A stretch of 49,094 nucleotides of DNA. It comes from Craspedostauros australis (taxonomy: Eukaryota). Positions 43,581 to 49,094 of this stretch are shown here, one piece after another. Where the stretch lies: positions 1 to 49,094 of the forward strand of contig JALAGF010005826.1 of the NCBI GenBank assembly GCA_030167865.1. The letters are read 5' to 3'. The notes under the pieces were generated by a model. The model was given only the letters and a program-made list of their open reading frames with translations. It did not search any database and had not been told where the DNA came from. Numbering within the stretch: the stretch's first letter is position 1; each line of letters begins with the position of its first letter. The translations under genes and the position numbers were made by a program.

Positions 43581-46500
43581 GGTGTCGTAGTGGTAGTTGC
43601 TGACGTTGATTTGATGTGACGTTGATGCTGGGTTTCGAGATGTTGTTTCTCTGAAGTATGAGAATGGAAACGTTCTTGAGTGATTTGCTTTGCTTTTCTG
43701 TTCTGGTGTGGTGTGGTAGTTCGTTCTATGCACTGGTGTTGCTGTCTTGGATTCTCTGTCTGCTCTTGTCTGCTCTTGTCTGCTCCTTGTGTGATGTTTT
43801 GTGTGGAGCTGTTCGTTGGCTTCGGGTTCTTGTTCAGACTGCCCTCTCTATCTCTCGTCTCTCCAAACTGCCAGACACTTTGTGTTGCGTTGCGTTTCTG
43901 GTTGGTGAGCGTGTGTGTTGGGAATTGGTCCGGGTCGCGAATTTTATGTGCTCAACTGCGCGCATCGACGGGATACATGATGAAGACACGCACGAGGAAA
44001 CTTCCTCTCTCTGTGGCGGTAGAGTTGGTGGTACGAATACAATCGCCGCTCTGGTTCTGTGCTTCGCGACAGATAGGTCGTCCTCGGTGTGCTTTGCGAG
44101 TTGCGGCGTGTGTCTCGCGAGATGTCTGTCCGCACGTTCCGCGTCGTGTTCTGTGCCAGAGATCGCGTTCTGTCTCGTTCTGCAGCTTCTTTGTATTCCT
44201 CCCAAACCATCAATTTGGAGTTGTATGAGCGTGTCTGTTGTGGTGAAGCACGGCTTTTGCAGTTGAAGGCACGTTGCGCTTGTGTCCAGATGTGTTCGTG
44301 TGTTCTCGGGATGTTGTGAACACATGCAACAATTGGTCCCATCAAGAATATCGCTGTTGAAGTTCAGACAGAAAGCATTAAGTCATACCTTGAAGGTATC
44401 GCGAAAGGCAAGGTCACTCAATTCCCGTGTGAGTTGCGGGAAGAACTCGACGGACAATCTGTTCACGAGTTGGCAAGAGTGCCATCCTTTCAAAATGCAC
44501 AACACGCAAACAGAAAGGGATGAACATTCCCACCGTCATGACATCGAAGACAAGCACAAGCGTCATCGAAGGGACGAGCAGAGCGTTTTTGTTGGTACAG
44601 CCTCGGGAGCGCAGAGCGTGATGTTGGTTGTCACCATGGTGACAACAAGTGTGGTTGGTACGAATACGAAGCGTTGACAGTTGGTGCGCGCTGAACAAAC
44701 GGCCAACCACCTCATGGACTATCGCGCTCTTCTTCTTTGCCGTCTCCGCCGTCCCCTGGCAACTCTGCCTCCCCGAAACAGCTGCCTGGTTGATCTTTCT
44801 GTTCCCTTCCATGGAGTTGATACCGACAAACATGAAAGTACATGGCTGTTGCCGAGACGCGCACGCGCACGAGCACAAGTACACGCACATATGTTACGAT
44901 GCTGCCACACACGACTCCACAACTGGTGGGGGAGGGCGCATGACATGATGGCAACAGTTATCGACAACGGCACTTCGTGAAGTGGAGGGGCACATCGCGG
45001 CCGTGTGAAATTTCGTCGCTCACAAATTGTGGTCGTCAGGTAATCGTAAAATTATCGAAGAATGGGATTGGCCTCTCTGCGTTGTGGCGCTTCCATCGTC
45101 TTTCAAACATGTTCGGCATTGGTGTGCAAATCGCATGGCTCTTGGGTGCATGGCGCAGCGTTCAACCACACTCTGTGTTCTGCTTCACTCTCCAAGTTGA
45201 CTGTGGCAAAAGCACTCCTGTGATGTGAGTACTCGTAGTTTGGCAACAGCCTGTTCTATGTTCTACTCGTGCTCGCACGGTTGATGTGAGAAACCTTCTG
45301 AAGCGTGATGTGTGGATGGTATTGTACTGGGGCGGTTGACTGGCAATACGATACAACCAGCACGCGTAACTAAACGCAGAGAAACATCGCAAGGACACGG
45401 AGGTAGCATCACTATTTCCCCATGTACTGGTCAAGAATGCTGTTGCGCAATGCGGTGTGACGAGGCAACGTGCAAAGACTTGCTGCGACAGTATCGCAGG
45501 CACTTGTCGGAGGATAGTAGAGAGAAGGAGGACGAGCCATGGGTACTTCGGCGTGGCCAAACACCCATGAAATGAACAAGCGACACAAACACAAGAGAGG
45601 TCAACAACCACATGGGCACCAAAGGCGCGACAGCGACGAAGTGGCAACTCCTCGTGCAACCTACAAGTACAGGTATGCATGAACTGGCAGAGAGAAGGAA
45701 GATCAAGACCAACACATACCCGTGGCTCTGCCACTTCGCGCAACCACAACCACGTCCACTCCTACCAATACCTGCGGATGTCCATAGACAAAGACGACCC
45801 CACTCCCAAGCAAGCAAGATTCAAGTTTGCTGATGCAAGAGTTTTTCGTTTGTGCAGCTGATACCGCTGATGGGAAGGGCAAGCAAAACCCGACGAAGCA
45901 TCGGCACCAACATCTCAACACCTGATGTGTCCGTGTTTGGTAGTCTGCGGGAAGCCTTACAATGGCGAATGGCGCTGATTTGCTTTGGCAGGAGCCATGA
46001 GTAGTCGAGAACGGATACAACATGGCATGTGCGGGCTTGGAGTGGGTGCGGAAAGATGGATGAGATTGCTGCAAAACGAGGTACAGAACAGCGTTGGTCG
46101 GTAGGACTTGTTCGTCGGCATTTGCGCGTCAGTCTCGTCGCTGCCTGGGTGAAGGTCACAGATGATAATGATCCGTACTTGAACTTCGCATTGGGACAAA
46201 CGACATGGCGGTTTGCTGAAGTCGTTCTCGCATCCTGTGCTGTGCTTGAGGGTTTGATTGAACGGTGTAGAGATGTGAGTGGCGAGTTGAAGGTATGGAA
46301 CAGTCCGTGGTTGTGTTCAGACCAAGAATGTCACCGACAACAAGGGTGGTGACAGGGCCACCACAACAAGAGATTATTCTGCCGTCCTTCCCTGCATGTT
46401 TGCTCGCCTTGTTCATCGGTTTGCTCTGGTTGCTTCTCTTGTCTTGGGTCTGTCTCTCTGTGGGCACGTCCATGCCAATCGCCATGCCAATCTCCGGGCA

Positions 46501-49094
46501 TCATCATGGGAAGCACGAAGAAGGATTCTTGGGCGACAGCAACTTCCCCTCCCATCACATGTTGCGCCAAGTCAACAAGGGGATGCCGCGGCGGTATGCC
46601 AGTACGAACCGACGGTTACCCGCAGCAGTGAACATGATGTCGCATCGTGGTTCTTTTCGTCCTGTTTCTCTCTTTGTGCGTGTGTGTTTGGCTTTGTCCA
46701 CGTATGCATTCACCGCGAGAGGATGCTATCGTTCGTTTGATGGGACAGGAGCTTTTCATCAACGTTCGCATTGTGTCCGTCGTGCTGCAGGCCAGGGGGA
46801 GTGGTCCAAAGGAGCCATTGGCGCCTTGGGTGAAGGAGTGCGTTGCGGATGTCATGCCTAGATCCGAAGCGTGCATGGCTCCCCTGCAACCAAAGGTCTC
46901 GTTGGAGCCACAAGCGCCATCCCAACGCTCGGGGCCAGACCACAATACGATCTCATACCCAATCCCTGTTGTGCGTGGCGTGTGTGAAATCGAGAGCATC
47001 AATCGTGGCGCGAATTAGTATCCGTGATTAAACATAGAAACAGGACTGGAACGAGACTCATTTCAATCGAATGGATCAACAAAATCCATTGTTCGGACAT
47101 CTCAAGAGGTCGGATTTGTTGGAATGAAAAAGATGGTGAGAGACATGCGCGACAAGTCCAACGACATATGAGCCCGATCAGTGAGTCGACCTGCACTTTG
47201 TTATGGGACTCAGCAACATTTTTCTTGGATATCCAAACTGATCGCATATTCATAATCCTCATATTTTAAAACCAAATACTGGTACAAATTACCTTTCTGT
47301 TAGACCTTATTTTAAGTGTTATGGACCCATGAAGGTGCAGATTTTTAGACTGCTTTAGGGACTCGGCCTTTTGCGTCCGACTACATCGATCCAACTTAAC
47401 CCTTTGCTGTTCTTCGTTTCAGCAAGTTTGTTCCGATTTTGAATTGTTTAGTCTCTTTTTGAGGTGTTCCGATGAGACCATCCCACACCTCCTCCACGAT
47501 AGCGCTAGTTGTAGAGTTTGGGGAGAAGCGGCGAGTTCGCGTTTACATCCATTCTACCCTATGTTTGCCTGATCCGTCATCTACGTCGCCAACCTGGCTA
47601 CTGCGTCATGAAACACCAATCACAGCTCGATGTGAATCATCCTTGGCTACGTTTCGTCGTAACAGAATGGTTGAGTTGAATTGGTACTCTCGAAGCGTTT
47701 TGTGTGATGCTTCCTTCGTACATTTGGTAAGGTTATGAGTAAATACCGGGGACCCCAAGATGTAGGGCCGGCCGAGAGCGCAAAACTCCACACCATCACA
47801 TGACAATGGTGCAACACCAAAAAAAAACCCACAATGGCCGTCCAACGGCAACCCCCGCGCCGCAACAACCAGCGGTCCACCGGCAAATCCAAGCATATCG
47901 CCGTCACCGCCATGCAACCCTTGGTGGGAGGACGAGCGGAGGCTGCGAGAGCGGTTGATTTGGGGCCGCCGCAGCCCTCCGCGCAAACGTCTCCAAATTG
48001 CGGCAGATTGGCTTGTTGGATGCAGCCTGTGTATTCCATGCACAGGCCACACCAACACCTGCGAATGGGCAAGGCGCATCCAAGAGGCCATCACCAACGC
48101 GCCCACGAAGTCTCAGGCTCGGGGAGGACCAGGAAGGCATCCGCGCAGAGGAATCGGTGGAGGGCAAGAATTTTGTTGGTGGGGTCGTGGTGTACCTGGC
48201 ATGTGTCTTTTGCAGTGAGGGGGCAGCATCATCGAGCTGCCCAATCGCCAAGTCACCCATACAAGGCCCGTGCGACATCGCCTGAAGATGCACGTCGCGG
48301 AGTTCGAGCTGCTGCAATGGTCTGGAAGAGGCTGTGGCATGGAATGAGTGCAGACAGGACCGTTTTGGTGGGGCACCCCAAAACACCAGTGCCATCACCA
48401 AATGGAGGTGTGCCATCGGGACCATCCATGCCCATCCCACTCTGGATGCATCAGCGTGTCGACAGGGAGTGTGGGAATGCACGAGGGGCGCATGGAGGGG
48501 CTGAAAGGGTCATGTGGATGTGATATGGATCCGTATCCACACTACATCCGGCTTGCAAATCGTTTTTTGACATCGCTCTTTTTCAGTGTATGGACACTTT
48601 GGGGTATGCAATGTGGCAGAAACGTTCTGTCCTTCATGGAGTGGATAGATGAAGAGCATACAGATCCATTGTGATGCGCAGTTTGCCAAAATACAAGCAT
48701 GATCATGATGATCATGGGTGCTGAGTGGAGGGCAACATTGCTTGATCGAATTTTTTTTTTCATCCACCGCGCAACTGTGTGGTGGACCAACATGACAAAA
48801 AATAATTCCTATTTCAATTTAACTTCAATATTCTGTATAACCGATAGTCAGGCGTATGAATGCACTGTTTCTATTTGATTGTAAACAATGTGGTGTTGAG
48901 ATATAGCATGATAAGCAGATATTTGGATGGTTTTTGGATGCTCTCTAGATTAGTCTACGTATCACGACCCATCGCCCACAAAACTCCACAACTAGCGTTA
49001 TCGCGGTGACGCACACCCATCACAAAATTTCCGTCTCATCACCCAACACAGCCTCACTTTCTGTGTTGGCCTTCATTGTGTGAGCATCACACCA

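Noticed and set aside
43600..47000. Numerous Cys/Leu-rich ORFs up to 202 aa upstream of the TPR gene
   Set aside because: Translations reflect TG/CT-rich UTR or promoter composition; no motifs or coherent exon chain found.
47834..48523. 229-aa ORF as a possible transposase or gag fragment
   Set aside because: No DDE, zinc-knuckle or RT motifs seen; composition looks like non-coding translation.

Overview
Eukaryotic nuclear DNA, most likely from a diatom. This is inferred from GT-AG introns, signal-peptide + 'AF' bipartite plastid presequences, CAA-rich 5' UTRs and gene family content. About 11 intact genes can be reconstructed. In order: a glyoxalase/VOC-like protein and a histidine phosphatase (both with apparent thylakoid-lumen Tat signals), a 1.3-1.4 kaa HMG-box protein, an enlarged NDP-kinase-like protein, URB2, a LAMMER/CLK kinase, a 5-exon divergent AP2-like regulator, TOM7, complex I subunit NDUFC2 (B14.5b), a large disordered protein ending in a degenerate SNF2 lobe, and a KLC-like TPR protein. 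The window also holds the 3' end of an ABCG transporter, an ankyrin pseudogene and a TIR DNA transposon spanning a 50-N gap. The most notable observations are: a frame-preserving 9-nt micro-exon with consensus splice sites in the AP2-like gene; an apparently catalytically dead half-SNF2 domain; a duplicated ~40-aa motif I cannot name in the HMG protein; and the adjacent pair of predicted lumenal enzymes. The last ~5.5 kb has no supportable gene. All family calls come from motif recognition by eye; no searches were run.
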